Positions 1-11,096 are shown, numbered from the stretch's first letter. The stretch is 64,000 nt of DNA from a virus (IMGVR_UViG_3300032783_000063:1-64000), one strand, 5' to 3'. Program-made: numbers and translations. The notes: generated by a model from the sequence alone, not told the origin.

Positions 1-10
1 GAGCCCGCAC

Positions 11-928
11 CTACACCCCGACCTTCCTGGACGGGTCTATGTACCGTTGCAGCAGGTACTCGACCTGTGATCCTGCCTGCACATGCACCATGCCGAAGTC
101 GGCCATGCCCTGCACGCCGAACGGGGCGTCTTTCAGCTTGAACAGGTCGGAGGCGAGCAGCAGCGCGGCCTGGGTGATCGCCGGGGGGACGGCGGGCCAG
201 CCGAACACGCCGGTGACCTGGATCCGGTCCTGCCGGTACAGCGGCCACACGAACGGGAAGAACACGGACCCGCCGCCGATGACCCGGATCTCCCGGTACG
301 GCTGCGGCTCCCCGGATGCCATCCGGTTGTAGCGGCGTTCCCCGACGGCGAGCTCATAGTTGACGCCGGGGGTCCATATCTGCGAGAAGTCGCCGGTGCC
401 CTGCGGATCGACGGCAAGCTGGGAGATGGACACGACGTCGTCGATGTGGGCGGTCCAGATGGACTCGGGGACGTAGGTGCGGGTGTCCTGCATCTGGTAG
501 AAGTGGCGGCCGCAGCGGCCCTCGATCCACCGGGCGGCGGCCTGGACGGCGAGGTCGATCTCGAAGTCGTCCGAGGTGTCGTTGATGCCGAGGCGGGATT
601 TGATTTCCTCGCGGGAGGTGTACCACTGGCCGATCGTGTCGGGGAGGACACGCCAGGTGCCGGCGGAGACGTCAGCGGCGGCGCCGGTGCCGATCCAGAC
701 GTAGGTCCAGAGGCCGTCGGTGGTGCAAGGCTGCGTGCACTGGTAGACGCCGACGTCGAGGCGGGTGAGGGCGGGGCTGGCGCCGTAAGTGTAGTAGGTG
801 TAGAGGCCGTTCGGGTCGATGACCTGGAGGTTTACGGTGTCGGGGTCGACGGGGGTTTTGTCGATGGTGAAGACATTGGTGAGAGTGGCGTCTTCGGCGC
901 CGCCGGTGTAGAAGACGGTCGATCCCAT
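11..928 (-). CDS. Head-tail connector (gp6-like) with extra N-terminal Ig-like domain
   Basis: C-terminal half YTSREEIKSRLGI..D..IDLAVQAAARWIEGRCGRHF...GWPAVPPAITQAALLLASDLFK is typical of gp6/gp15 adaptors; ATG at 928 with GGAGG RBS. Confidence 0.8.
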   Translation of the reverse strand: MGSTVFYTGGAEDATLTNVFTIDKTPVDPDTVNLQVIDPNGLYTYYTYGASPALTRLDVGVYQCTQPCTTDGLWTYVWIGTGAAADVSAGTWRVLPDTIGQWYTSREEIKSRLGINDTSDDFEIDLAVQAAARWIEGRCGRHFYQMQDTRTYVPESIWTAHIDDVVSISQLAVDPQGTGDFSQIWTPGVNYELAVGERRYNRMASGEPQPYREIRVIGGGSVFFPFVWPLYRQDRIQVTGVFGWPAVPPAITQAALLLASDLFKLKDAPFGVQGMADFGMVHVQAGSQVEYLLQRYIDPSRKVGV

Positions 929-953
929 GAGGGCGCCTCCGTCTCGAGCTGGT

Positions 954-2774
954 TCAGATGAACGCGGTCCCGGCGGTGGATCCGTCAGCCCACAGGTTAT
1001 TCGCCTGGACATTCGTGTATGTCTGCCCGGACCAGTAGATCATGAAGTCGATCCAGTAGTTCGTCCCGCCGGACGAGGCAACCGGCATCGCGCCGGTTCC
1101 TGAGTTCGGGACACGGTTGGCACCCTGGAGGCCGCCGAACGCCTCTGCGGTGCCGGGCAGCGAGACGGGTCCGTTGACTGCTGTAGTGGCACCCTGGCCG
1201 CCGGAGGCGAACCAGCCGGGCGTGGATGACCATCCGTTCCCGGAGCCGGTATAGGTCATGACAGCGCGGTAGTGCGTGCCTGTGGTGGCCGTGCCGGTAG
1301 ACAGCGCGATCGGGGACGCGACCTGCACGTAAGTCCAGGTGTTTGCCAGTGCGCCGTAGGACCCGGCAGCAATCGACGACCCGGCGACAAGCGTTCCGGT
1401 AGTGCCGGTCGTGCTGGTCAGGGAAAACAGCCGCCAGGACGTGCTGGCCCCGGTACCGTCGCCGACTACCTGGCCGCCTGTGCCGTCACCGGGGGCTACA
1501 TACCAGCCATAGCCGCCGAAGGTGCATCCGGGCTGCGTGACCCAGAACTCCACGCTCAGGTCAGCATGACCGGTGCTGGCGTTCGCGTTCTCCGGCGCCG
1601 GACCGCTGAGCCTGCTGAACGGGTAATTCAGCCAGAGCGAGGGAGAGCCCGTGACCCAGCCGTCAAGCGGCGGGTAGGTATAAGGGCCGTTTCCGCCGCC
1701 GGTGGGATAGATCGCTGTCGTGATCCGGTTCCCGGTGAAATTCAGGTTCGCGACGGCGCCGTAGGGCGTGATGCTGGTGCTCTGCGCGCCGCCCAGGTAG
1801 ACGCAGTACCCAGTGCCGCCCATATAGTTGTCTTTCAGGTAATACCCGTTCGACCCGTCGGGGTTCGTCCCCCGGCCCGTCCACAAGCCGAAGTCGACGA
1901 ACATGCTGATGCAGTCAGTGTCGTTGACCTGAAGGCCGTTCTCGTCGAACTCGGCGGTGACGATATAATTTCGCTGGATCCGCATGGCGGACTGGCCGCC
2001 GCCGCAGGTGATTCCGTTGAGATGCCCGATGCTGAGATGAGTGATTTTCTCAATATAGTTCTCGAACAGATCGATGTAGGTTGTTGATGCGGCTGGCTGC
2101 AGGCCGGTGGTCACGTAACTGACATAACAGCGGTAGATGCGGATGCCGCCGCTGTTCTGGATGTCTATCGGGACTTCCTGGATTTCAGATGACGTAGGGC
2201 CGAGGCCGCCGACGTCGCAGAAATGAAACATCAGCGCCGAGGTGCTGCCACCGCCCGTGTTGAACGATCCCGGCGCAGCACCGTTCTGACGGCACCGGCA
2301 TCCCCGGAACAGCGCGCCGGTGAATCCGCCGAGAATATCAAGATTGGAAAGGCTGAAGTCCATGAACTGGAATACGTAAGTGCCGGCCGGGACGAAGAAC
2401 CCGTCGATGACCTGCCCGCCGGTCCCGCCGATGTTCTGGGCGAGGCCGCCCAGGTTAGTGGTCAGGTTGTTGTATGTGTACGGCGCTGACACGGATGTCC
2501 AGTTAGTGCACAGCCCGTTGTTGCCTGTGTCAAGCTCGCTGGATCCGTCCAGCCGCCAGTAACCGCCGGACGGCAGCGGCGGGGCAGTGAGCGGGCCGCC
2601 GGGTCCGGCGTTCACTGCCGGGTAGGCAGCTTTCTGCGCGGCGGTGAGCAGCGGTATCGGCCCGGTGTTCGCGTTCCGGTTCACTGTGGTGTTGGCGACG
2701 CCGGGGTACATGCTGGTGATCTGCTGGCCGTGGAGATTCGCTGCCCTCATCATCCGCCGCGCGCCCATGGCCAC
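954..2774 (-). CDS. Virion protein: right-handed beta-helix plus C-terminal DUF4082-like carbohydrate-binding domain
   Basis: Beta-helix-like repeats (HLNGITCGGG, DCISMF, GGTGYCVY); C-terminal LSVEFWV...YRAV...NYWIDF resembles DUF4082. Confidence 0.6.
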   Translation of the reverse strand: MAMGARRMMRAANLHGQQITSMYPGVANTTVNRNANTGPIPLLTAAQKAAYPAVNAGPGGPLTAPPLPSGGYWRLDGSSELDTGNNGLCTNWTSVSAPYTYNNLTTNLGGLAQNIGGTGGQVIDGFFVPAGTYVFQFMDFSLSNLDILGGFTGALFRGCRCRQNGAAPGSFNTGGGSTSALMFHFCDVGGLGPTSSEIQEVPIDIQNSGGIRIYRCYVSYVTTGLQPAASTTYIDLFENYIEKITHLSIGHLNGITCGGGQSAMRIQRNYIVTAEFDENGLQVNDTDCISMFVDFGLWTGRGTNPDGSNGYYLKDNYMGGTGYCVYLGGAQSTSITPYGAVANLNFTGNRITTAIYPTGGGNGPYTYPPLDGWVTGSPSLWLNYPFSRLSGPAPENANASTGHADLSVEFWVTQPGCTFGGYGWYVAPGDGTGGQVVGDGTGASTSWRLFSLTSTTGTTGTLVAGSSIAAGSYGALANTWTYVQVASPIALSTGTATTGTHYRAVMTYTGSGNGWSSTPGWFASGGQGATTAVNGPVSLPGTAEAFGGLQGANRVPNSGTGAMPVASSGGTNYWIDFMIYWSGQTYTNVQANNLWADGSTAGTAFI

Positions 2775-2775
2775 G

Positions 2776-5760
2776 TCAGGCCACCTGCGATCCGTACCAG
2801 GCTGAGGTGGATGAGCCGAGGTTTTCGAACACGAGCACTGTCAGTGCCGCTGGGGATGTGGTGAGGTCGATGACGGGCACGGCGCCGGTGATCCAGGTGA
2901 CGTTCGTCCACGTCGGCTGGGTGCCGCCGGTGGCGGTGATGTAAAGGGTGATCGTAGTCGCGACCGCGCCGGTCGCCCCGCCGGCGAGGGTGATCGACGG
3001 GGAGCCGCTGTTGAGGTTCGCCGTGAACACGGTGCCCGGCGCCGATGCGGTGAGGGTGACCGACCCGGAGCCGAGGTTCCCGTGGGCCACGACGCTCTCA
3101 GCGCCGCCTGCCCCGCCAGGCGGCACCTGCCATTGCCCGTCGGCGCGCAGGAACTGGGTCGTCCCGCCCGGCGCCAGGCCGACCGAGGACGCCGCCGCCC
3201 TCGACGTGGCCCCCGTGAGCACGACCGGCGCCGCTGCCAGCCATGTCCCGGCGTAGGTGTTCAGGCCGACGTTGTTGCCGTTCGCCGCGGAGTCTTCCAG
3301 TACGGCCGTCGCGTAAGCGGTCACCGCAGTGAAGTAATTGTCTGTGACGGTGGATGCGGTGGCCCCGTTCAGGCGCACCGCGCTGGCCTGTCCGCCGGTC
3401 AGGCCCTGGCCGACGTTGAGGAACTGGCATCCGGACACCACATGGCCGGCGCCCTGCAGGACGAGCATGTCGGCGCTGTTGGTGCCGTCGAACTGGCAGC
3501 CGGTGAAAACAAGACGTCCCGGGGTGGAGTCGGATTTGACGAATGCCGCGCCGGTGGCGCCGCCGACGAAGTGGCAGCTGCTGTACGTGGACAGCCCGGC
3601 GCTGATGTCATACACCTGTCCGTTTTGCGGGGCGGAGGTGTTGCCGCAGTCCTGGATGGTACAGCCGGTGAACAGGTTCTCGTCGGCCTGCTCGACGCGC
3701 ATGGCGAGGCCGGTGCCGCCGTTGGCGTTCTTCCCGTTGCGGAACAGGCAGTTGCTGATGGTGTTGTGGTGTCCGTAGGAGCCGGTGCCGTCCTGGTAGA
3801 TGTGGATGCCCTCGCCCCACGGTTCCTCGATCCACAGGTGGTCGAAGACGCACCAGACGGCGCCGCGGGCGTAGATGCCTCCGCCTGCGGTGGTCTGGTT
3901 GGCGCCGTTGCAGTTGAGGTACAGGTCGCGGATAGTGAGTCCCGGCGTGTACACCGGGCCGGAGAGACCGAAGTCGAAAATGTAGGCGTTGGACCCGTTT
4001 GCCATGAAGATCTGGGAGTCCCAGCCGTCCCCGGCGATGGTGATCGCGCCGGGGGATCCGCCGCCGACGTTCAGCGCGGCGGAGATCTTGTAGGTTCCGG
4101 GGGGGAAGTAGACGGTCTGCCCGGTGGTTTTCGCGGCGGTGATGGCGTCCTGGATTACGGTGGTCGAGTCGGTGCCGCCGGTGGGGTCGGCGCCGTACTG
4201 GGCGGCGACGTTGATCAAGCCGGTGATGCTGGCGGTGGTCACGCCGCTGGTGTTGTCGTGGATGTTGTAGCTGGCCCGGGATGCTGCCGGGAAGTTCACT
4301 GGGTTCGCGGCGTTGGGGGTGACGGCGGTGAAGTCGTTCTCGGAAATGATGATCTCGCCGTCGCCGGTGCCGGGTACGGCGGCTGCGACACAGTACCGGC
4401 AGGTGCCGATGAACTGGTTCCCGGTGACGATGACGTTGTCGACGTTCTGGGTGATGACCAGCGCTGTGCTGCCGGCGATCGTGGCCGGAGCGGAAATCGT
4501 GTAACTGTAGGGCAGCACGGTTGAGTTGACGGCAGTAATGGTGGCACCAGCCGGGATGCCGGTCCCGGAAATCAGGCTGTTCAAATCGGTCTGCACGGCC
4601 AGCGGATCCAGGACTGTCGAGGCGCTGGCCCCGGACTGTGTCGTACCGCTGGGATCCGTCCTGGTCGTGCCGATGACGACGCTGTCGGTGGACGAGTTCT
4701 TCGTGCCGCCGATCTTGGCGCCGGACACGGTGATGTTCACGCCGTTTTTCATCAGGATCGAGCTGTCCTGCGCTGACCCGGACCCGCCGTATTCGCCGCC
4801 GACGATGTGCAAGGTGTCAAGCGCCGTGTTCCCGCCGAATGTCAGCCCGGCGCCGGCGTTCCAGCATTGCTCGAGGATGACGTTCCCGCCGCACCAGTCC
4901 AGGTTGATCCCGCCGTTGCCTTCCGGCGGGGGCCCGTTACCTGCCTCGAAGTTCGACCCCGAGTTGAAGAACGTGAGCCCCTTGTTGGGGTGGGTTTTGC
5001 CCAGGCTGTTGTGGGTGACGAGGGACAGTGGCCCGAAGAACGCGCAGGACACGAACGACGCGGACCCGGACAGGGAGTCCAGGTCGGCGCCGTAGGTGCC
5101 GCCGCCGAACTGGGACGCGACGGCGTGGACGGCGTTCTGTGTGTACATGCCGGCGTTCTCGCCGTGGAAAAACGACCCGAACATGGTGATCGTGTTCGAC
5201 CCGGTCGCGTAGAGGCCGTTCCAGACGTTGTTGGTCTGCACCCAGATGAAGTACATGTTGGCGCAGTCGGTCAGGTTCAGCGCCGCCCCGGCGGTTGTTG
5301 CCGGGGTCACCTCGGTGTCGAACCGCAGCGACTGGATGGTCAGGCCGCCGAGGCTGGACAGCTGGAAGATGTCGAAGTTCCCGGCGGCTTTGATGACGGA
5401 CCGGTAGCCGTCGCCGTAGAGGGTCAGCGCGGATCCGCCGGACACGACGACGGGCTGGCTGACGCGATACCACTGCGCGGTCGCCGGGAAGTAGACGGCG
5501 CCGTCTGCTGCGACGGCTGCGGTGCAGGCGGCGAGGATGGCGCCGTAGTCGTCGGTGCCGCCGTCGCCTGCTGCGTTGAATGGCGGGTCGGTGACGTTGA
5601 ACACTGTCGTGGTGGCGGAACTGCCGAGCAGGTTCGCAATGGTGATCTTCCGGGTGGATCCGGATGCGTCCATGGAGTGGTCGGAGATATCCACGATCGG
5701 GAGGACGTCGTTGGCTGCGATTCCGCTGGTCAGCGCCTGAAGCTCGGTTATCTTGCTCAA
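2776..5760 (-). CDS. Fibre/spike protein with two tandem pectate-lyase-like beta-helix domains
   Basis: Two N-cap motifs (FNVTDPPFNAAGDGGTDD..AI, INVAAQYGADPTGGTDSTTVIQDAI..VYFPPGTYKIS); N-terminal SKITEL..DVLPIVD module. Confidence 0.75.
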   Translation of the reverse strand: MSKITELQALTSGIAANDVLPIVDISDHSMDASGSTRKITIANLLGSSATTTVFNVTDPPFNAAGDGGTDDYGAILAACTAAVAADGAVYFPATAQWYRVSQPVVVSGGSALTLYGDGYRSVIKAAGNFDIFQLSSLGGLTIQSLRFDTEVTPATTAGAALNLTDCANMYFIWVQTNNVWNGLYATGSNTITMFGSFFHGENAGMYTQNAVHAVASQFGGGTYGADLDSLSGSASFVSCAFFGPLSLVTHNSLGKTHPNKGLTFFNSGSNFEAGNGPPPEGNGGINLDWCGGNVILEQCWNAGAGLTFGGNTALDTLHIVGGEYGGSGSAQDSSILMKNGVNITVSGAKIGGTKNSSTDSVVIGTTRTDPSGTTQSGASASTVLDPLAVQTDLNSLISGTGIPAGATITAVNSTVLPYSYTISAPATIAGSTALVITQNVDNVIVTGNQFIGTCRYCVAAAVPGTGDGEIIISENDFTAVTPNAANPVNFPAASRASYNIHDNTSGVTTASITGLINVAAQYGADPTGGTDSTTVIQDAITAAKTTGQTVYFPPGTYKISAALNVGGGSPGAITIAGDGWDSQIFMANGSNAYIFDFGLSGPVYTPGLTIRDLYLNCNGANQTTAGGGIYARGAVWCVFDHLWIEEPWGEGIHIYQDGTGSYGHHNTISNCLFRNGKNANGGTGLAMRVEQADENLFTGCTIQDCGNTSAPQNGQVYDISAGLSTYSSCHFVGGATGAAFVKSDSTPGRLVFTGCQFDGTNSADMLVLQGAGHVVSGCQFLNVGQGLTGGQASAVRLNGATASTVTDNYFTAVTAYATAVLEDSAANGNNVGLNTYAGTWLAAAPVVLTGATSRAAASSVGLAPGGTTQFLRADGQWQVPPGGAGGAESVVAHGNLGSGSVTLTASAPGTVFTANLNSGSPSITLAGGATGAVATTITLYITATGGTQPTWTNVTWITGAVPVIDLTTSPAALTVLVFENLGSSTSAWYGSQVA

Positions 5761-5862
5761 CGCGCCGCCCCTCCGTCTCAGAGCATTCCGGAGAGCCCGG
5801 TCGTCGCTGCGGTGGTGTATGACTGAGTGATCATCCGTTTTGCGCGCACCAGGCCCCGGCGT

Positions 5863-7659
5863 TTAATCGATTCCCCACCAGCCGAAGTTGTACGTGTTCG
5901 GTGAGAAGTTGGACAAGGTTAGCGGGGTTGTCAGGGTGGTGGCAGTTCCTGTGAGCAAAAGACTGCGGGCAGTGAAACCAGAACGCGCGAAACCGGTTCC
6001 CCCGACGGCCCCTTCGATATTGGTGAATACCGGTCCGACGACGGTGCCGCCCTGGGTTCCGACTACTAGGCCGACAGCCCACCAGCCGGCCGTCAGGGAT
6101 GTAACCCCTGTCGGGCCTGTGCGGATTATCGCATGGGAGGTGCTCGTTATATTCACCGGGCTGCCCTGCAATACAACGCCGTTGCTGCCGCCGGCTATGG
6201 TGTAAAGGCCGGTGTAGCAGTTCGAGTATCCGCTGGCTCCGCGCCAGTCACAGGTCACGTATCCATTGATGGTGATGGTGGTGGGTACGTAGAACAGGTT
6301 GAGTGCGATTCCGCCGCTCGGCCAGCCGCTAGCGGATACGGACTGGGAGAGGACCGGTTCCCAGTAGTCGAACGTCCAGGCGCCGTAGCCTTCGAGGACG
6401 GCGTTCTGATACATGGCGTAGTACTGGGCTGTAGCGTTTGTACTCGGGTGGATGTGTCCCGCGTCGGCGGCCTTGCCAGTCGACCCTGCGGATTGCGTCC
6501 CGGCGGGCGTGATATCTGTGGCGGTGCCGTCGAGTTGCAGGGCTCCTTGTGTGCTGGTGGTTCCCGCAGGGAGGTCGGCGGCCTGAATGGCGGCGAGAGT
6601 AGTGCTGGTCCCGTCGCTGCGGGCGTAATACCCGGCCTGCTGGCTGCCGGTCAGCGCAGTCAGCGCTGCTGTGGCAGACGTAGCGCCAGTGCCGCCGGAA
6701 TCCACGGCCAGCGGCAAGCTCGATGTGAGCACAATGCCAGTCGTCGGATGCACATGGCCTGCGTCGGCCAGTTTCCCCGTCGCCCCGGCGGCCTGCGTGC
6801 CGAGCGGGGCGATGTCCCCGGCGGTGGCATCGATGCTGGCGGTGGCGCCGCTGCTGAGTCCGAGCGCGGAGCGGGCGCCGTCTGCGGTCGTGGCGCCGGT
6901 GCCGCCGTTCCCTACCGCTACGGTCCCGGTCACATTCCCGGCCGTACCGGTGGTGTTCTGGTTCAGGTACCGGGCATCCAGTCCTGACAATGGCGCGTCT
7001 GTGGAGATGGCCAGCCAGATCCCGGCCTGGTACTGCAGGAAGATTCCCTGGTTCAGCAGGGTCAGCGCCACCGTGGTGCTTCCACCTGTTTTGTTGAACA
7101 CGTCTGGAAATGTCGTGTTCACCGTCACCCCGGCTGTGCCGAGGATCTGCTTCACGGCGGCGAGCGTTCCCGCTGGCGGCGTGGCGGGGAGGGTCACGAC
7201 GACCGGGCCGCCGGTCGTGTCTGCCGGAACGATCTGGTTTGCCGCCGCCTGGCATGGGCTGGTCAGGTTCGTCTGCACGGCAGCCTGGGTGAGGACAGGC
7301 CCTTTCGCGGCCTCGGCCGCCTCGGCGCGGGAGGTCTCGGCGTCGACGGACGCGACTGAGGCCCCCCCCAGGCTGGCGAGCGCATCGTCTGCTGTGGCTG
7401 CGCCGGTGCCCCCCTGAGCGACAGGCAGCGGCGCGGTCAGGTGCGTGGAGATGACCTGCGGCACCAGGTCGGTGTTTCCGAGGTCTCCGGCCAGAGTGAT
7501 CCCGCTGCTGCCGCCACCGGGAAGCAGGTCGGCGACGGTAATGCCTTTCGTGGTCCCGGATGCTGAGCCGTGGCTCGTGTCGGAGACGTCCACGATGGGC
7601 AGCACGTCATTGCTGGCGACTCCTGAGGTCAGCAGCGCAAGCTGCGTGATCTTGCTCAA
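5863..7659 (-). CDS. Fibre protein
   Basis: Repeated LPVAQGGTGATT / VAVGNGGTGATT fibre motifs and two DAGH(V/I)HP motifs; N-terminal SKITQL..DVLPIVD module; TTG start. Confidence 0.7.
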   Translation of the reverse strand: MSKITQLALLTSGVASNDVLPIVDVSDTSHGSASGTTKGITVADLLPGGGSSGITLAGDLGNTDLVPQVISTHLTAPLPVAQGGTGAATADDALASLGGASVASVDAETSRAEAAEAAKGPVLTQAAVQTNLTSPCQAAANQIVPADTTGGPVVVTLPATPPAGTLAAVKQILGTAGVTVNTTFPDVFNKTGGSTTVALTLLNQGIFLQYQAGIWLAISTDAPLSGLDARYLNQNTTGTAGNVTGTVAVGNGGTGATTADGARSALGLSSGATASIDATAGDIAPLGTQAAGATGKLADAGHVHPTTGIVLTSSLPLAVDSGGTGATSATAALTALTGSQQAGYYARSDGTSTTLAAIQAADLPAGTTSTQGALQLDGTATDITPAGTQSAGSTGKAADAGHIHPSTNATAQYYAMYQNAVLEGYGAWTFDYWEPVLSQSVSASGWPSGGIALNLFYVPTTITINGYVTCDWRGASGYSNCYTGLYTIAGGSNGVVLQGSPVNITSTSHAIIRTGPTGVTSLTAGWWAVGLVVGTQGGTVVGPVFTNIEGAVGGTGFARSGFTARSLLLTGTATTLTTPLTLSNFSPNTYNFGWWGID

Positions 7660-10600
7660 GGTGCCTCCGTTTCCAGTCCGCCGTCGTCGTTTTCCTGGTC
7701 CAGGACAGTCCAGTCTTCGCAGAAGATTTCCTGGGTGCCCGGTACAGGCGGGGGCGGCCCGGTGACAGTGGAGTCCTGGACCGGTCCGGTGACGCTGCCG
7801 CCGTGGACCGGCCCGGCGACCGGGACGTAAACCCAGATGCGTCGCAAGAACCTGTCTGTAGCGGCGACGGCGTCCGCTGCGGCGGCAGCGGCGCCCGGCA
7901 TGGCAAGGGATTCGGCGACAGCCGCTGCGTCGTGGAGGCGGTTCTGCCCGGCAAGGTACTCCAGGGCGGCTGCCGTATCGTCGACCGCTACGGCGGTGCC
8001 GGCGAGGACGAGGGCCTCAGTGGCACCGCCGGCGTCAAAGACGCCGGGCGGCGTGACCTGGCTGCCGTCGTATGCCTCAGTCACTGCAGCGATGTCGTCC
8101 AGCTCGCTGGTGATGGTGATATAGGCGAAGCCGTCGAGAACGCCTGCGGCCTCCGGGAAGGCGATGCCGCTGACGGGGACGGTCACAGTATCGCCCGCAG
8201 CGGCTGTGTCCGCTGCCGAAGCCCCGTCGGCTGCCGCCGCTGAGGCTTCGGCAGCCCCGGCCAGGTCCGCCAGGGATACTGCGACGATACTGCTGAACGC
8301 CTCGGCGACTGCGGCGGCCTCAGCCGTTTCCGCGTCTGTCCCGGCCAGGTCCGTCTCGCCGGCCGCCGCCGTGTCAGATACCACGGGACCGGCGTCCGAT
8401 GTAAGCAGGTCCCCGGCACCTGCCAGGTCCGCCAGCAATATGGAAACGACGTAACTGAACTCGTCTGTGACCGCCGCAGCCTCGTCCGCCGCCGATGTGA
8501 CGGTTGTCAGTGTCGTGTCCGCAGCCCCGGCCGTGTCCGTCCCGGTCTTCTGCAGGACGAGGAGCTCGGCTGCAGCTGCCCGATCCGGCACGCCAGAAGT
8601 GACAGCGACATCCGGCGTGCGCTCAGCACCGGCGGCAAGATCCTGGGCTATCTCATAGTAGAAAGTCAGGACTGCAGCGCCCCACGGCGCTGACGTGATC
8701 GACGCCGACAGGGTCTGCGAAGCCACGGTCGAGCCCGGCAGCATGCTGTAGGCGGTCACCCAGGTTCCGCCGGCGGAGATGTACTGCTGGTCACCCATCT
8801 GCGGCCAGGACGGCGCTGCCGGGCTGGTGCCGCCGCCTTCCAGGGTGAGGCCGGTGCCGTCCTGCTCGAGCAGGACAGCACCGTCCTGCTCGTCCAGGCT
8901 GGTGCCGCCCGCGCCGTCGGCGGCGATGACCCCGAGGCAGATCTCGTTCTGGTATGCCAGCGGCCCGGTGGTTTCTGCCGGGGTGGCGCTGGCGGGGCTG
9001 CCTGTTCCGGCGGCGGCGTCGACGGCGAGGATTCTGGTGGCGGCAGGGATGCCGCAGATGACCGCCGCCCCGGCAGCGGGGGCGGACCAGGTGATGGTGA
9101 TCGTGTCCCCGGCGGTCGCGCCCTGGACGCATCCGGCGATGAAGAAACCGCAGGACCGGCCGGTGATGTTCAGGTTGTAGAACGTCCACGGCTGCCCGGC
9201 AGTGTCAGTGGCAGCGGCGACGGTCTGGTCGGAGTCGGTGCCCCAGGCGACGGCGATGGTGTCACCGTCAGCGATGTCCCTGTCAAGGGTGATATCAAGG
9301 GTCGCGGCGGGGGTGGCGGCTGCGGCTCCGCCGGCGGTGAACGGGGTTTTCTCGGTAAGGTCCGCGGCAGCGGCCTTGTCGGCCAGCGGTACGACTGTGG
9401 TAACCGACAGCGTGTCAGCGGCGGCGGCCTGGTCGGATTGCAGGACGTTCACCACGAGCGTCTCGGCTGCGCTGCCGCAGTCCGGGAGCGAGGCCACCGT
9501 GGCAGCCGGGGCTTCCGCGTCTGCTGCGGCCGCAGGATCTCTTACCGGGACGGCCGCTGACGCGGCCGGGGTGTCGGTCCCGGCGGCTGTGTCAGCGACC
9601 GGGACTGCGGCCAGGGATATGACTGTCTCGGCTGCCCCGGCCTGGTCGTCAGCCGCCGCAGTCACAGCGGGGACCGCGTCGGTCAGGGCCGCACCCTGGT
9701 CAGCGATCCCGGCGCCGGCGTTCAGGGCCAGGATGTCGGCGGCGGCGGCGGCGTCTGCGTAGACGGGGAACTCGGCGGACAGCAGCCCGTCCCCGGCTGC
9801 TGCCAGGTCACTGCCGAACGGAATGTCACAGGTGATATATGCGATCAGATCAGCGGCGGCGGCCAGATCGGACTGCGGGACGAACAGCGTGAGACTGTAT
9901 GTCAGCGCGTCCAGCGCGGCTGCCGGTTCCTGCTGAGGCTCGTCGGCTTCGCTGGTGATGTATGCGGCGGCCTGGTCCAGCAGGTCGTCTTGCAGATTCT
10001 CAGCCTGGATGAGGTCCGAGGGGCCGCGCAGGGTCTCAGCACCGGCGGCGGTCTCCGGCAGCCCAGCGAAGGCTGTGACACTGGTCAGGTCATCGGTACC
10101 GGCAGCGGCGTCAGCCGGCGCAGGAGTCGGCTGCGAGGCCAGCGTTTCCGCGGCGGCGGCAGCGTCGGCGGGGGTGACACTGAGAGATACATGCAGCGCT
10201 TCGGCTGCGGCACCTGGGTCGGTGAGCCCTGCCGCGTCAGCGGCAGCGGCCTGTTCCGGGAAGGCGGCCGCGACTTCGGCTGACAGCAATTCCGCTGCTG
10301 CGGCAGCGTCCAGTTCGGAGAAGGGAATCGCGGCGGCGTCCTCGGCGGCGGCGGCTTGCTCAGCGAAACTGAGCGTGTTAGCTAGCCGCAGTCTGTCGGC
10401 TGCGGCGCCGCGCTCGAGCCAGAGATTGATCGCCTCTCTCGCCGCGCCGGCATCAGCGAGTGCCACGCTCGCAGACGCCGGCATCAGCGTGTCGGCAGCC
10501 GCGCCACTGTCGGCGAACGGCACCGCGAGGGCGCCGACTGTCAGTCTGTCGGCGGCACCGCCGACATCTGCGAGCGGCCGCAGCCCCTCAACCTGGCCAG

Positions 10601-11033
10601 CCTGGTCCGTGTATGACAGTACGGCGGTGACGCTTACTGCATCCCCGGCAGCGGCGGCATCCCCGGCGGAAGCCGGCGCCGACCTCCGGTCAGCCGCGCC
10701 TGCCAGGTCCGTGAACGTGACGGCGTCTGCCGCTAGCAGGACGTCCGCCCCCGCGACCGTTTCCGTGACCGGGGCGGCGACTGGCGGCGGCCACAGCGTC
10801 TCTGCGGATCCAGCCGTGTCTGACGGCGTGAAATACAGCAGCAGAACGTCCGTGGCCGCAGCCGTATCGGCCCACGGCATCAGCGTGTCGGCAGCCGCGC
10901 CACTGTCGGCCAGCGGGATATCAGCTTCGGTCAGCTGCTGGACGTCAGCGCCGCCAGCCAGGTCAGCAGGCAGGCTGAGGATGGCGGTCAGCGTGTCGGC
11001 GGCGGCGGCGGGGTCGGGCTGGTAGTAAACCAT
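7656..11033 (-). CDS. Long acidic Ala-rich repeat protein, putative scaffold/adaptor fibre
   Basis: 1125 aa with dozens of D/E-x-A-A-A-x-D/E-x-L repeats, one globular insert and three acidic hydrophobic-xxE motifs. Confidence 0.65.
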   Translation of the reverse strand: MVYYQPDPAAAADTLTAILSLPADLAGGADVQQLTEADIPLADSGAAADTLMPWADTAAATDVLLLYFTPSDTAGSAETLWPPPVAAPVTETVAGADVLLAADAVTFTDLAGAADRRSAPASAGDAAAAGDAVSVTAVLSYTDQAGQVEGLRPLADVGGAADRLTVGALAVPFADSGAAADTLMPASASVALADAGAAREAINLWLERGAAADRLRLANTLSFAEQAAAAEDAAAIPFSELDAAAAAELLSAEVAAAFPEQAAAADAAGLTDPGAAAEALHVSLSVTPADAAAAAETLASQPTPAPADAAAGTDDLTSVTAFAGLPETAAGAETLRGPSDLIQAENLQDDLLDQAAAYITSEADEPQQEPAAALDALTYSLTLFVPQSDLAAAADLIAYITCDIPFGSDLAAAGDGLLSAEFPVYADAAAAADILALNAGAGIADQGAALTDAVPAVTAAADDQAGAAETVISLAAVPVADTAAGTDTPAASAAVPVRDPAAAADAEAPAATVASLPDCGSAAETLVVNVLQSDQAAAADTLSVTTVVPLADKAAAADLTEKTPFTAGGAAAATPAATLDITLDRDIADGDTIAVAWGTDSDQTVAAATDTAGQPWTFYNLNITGRSCGFFIAGCVQGATAGDTITITWSAPAAGAAVICGIPAATRILAVDAAAGTGSPASATPAETTGPLAYQNEICLGVIAADGAGGTSLDEQDGAVLLEQDGTGLTLEGGGTSPAAPSWPQMGDQQYISAGGTWVTAYSMLPGSTVASQTLSASITSAPWGAAVLTFYYEIAQDLAAGAERTPDVAVTSGVPDRAAAAELLVLQKTGTDTAGAADTTLTTVTSAADEAAAVTDEFSYVVSILLADLAGAGDLLTSDAGPVVSDTAAAGETDLAGTDAETAEAAAVAEAFSSIVAVSLADLAGAAEASAAAADGASAADTAAAGDTVTVPVSGIAFPEAAGVLDGFAYITITSELDDIAAVTEAYDGSQVTPPGVFDAGGATEALVLAGTAVAVDDTAAALEYLAGQNRLHDAAAVAESLAMPGAAAAAADAVAATDRFLRRIWVYVPVAGPVHGGSVTGPVQDSTVTGPPPPVPGTQEIFCEDWTVLDQENDDGGLETEAP

Positions 11034-11096
11034 CCGGCCCTCCCGCCGCGGCCGCTGTGACCGCGCTCAGGGGCGGCGGCCCGGGTTAAGCCTGGA

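Noticed and set aside
10479-10910. 36-bp exact duplication as a mobile-element end
   Set aside because: Both copies encode ADSGAAADTLMP within the repeat protein; simple intragenic duplication
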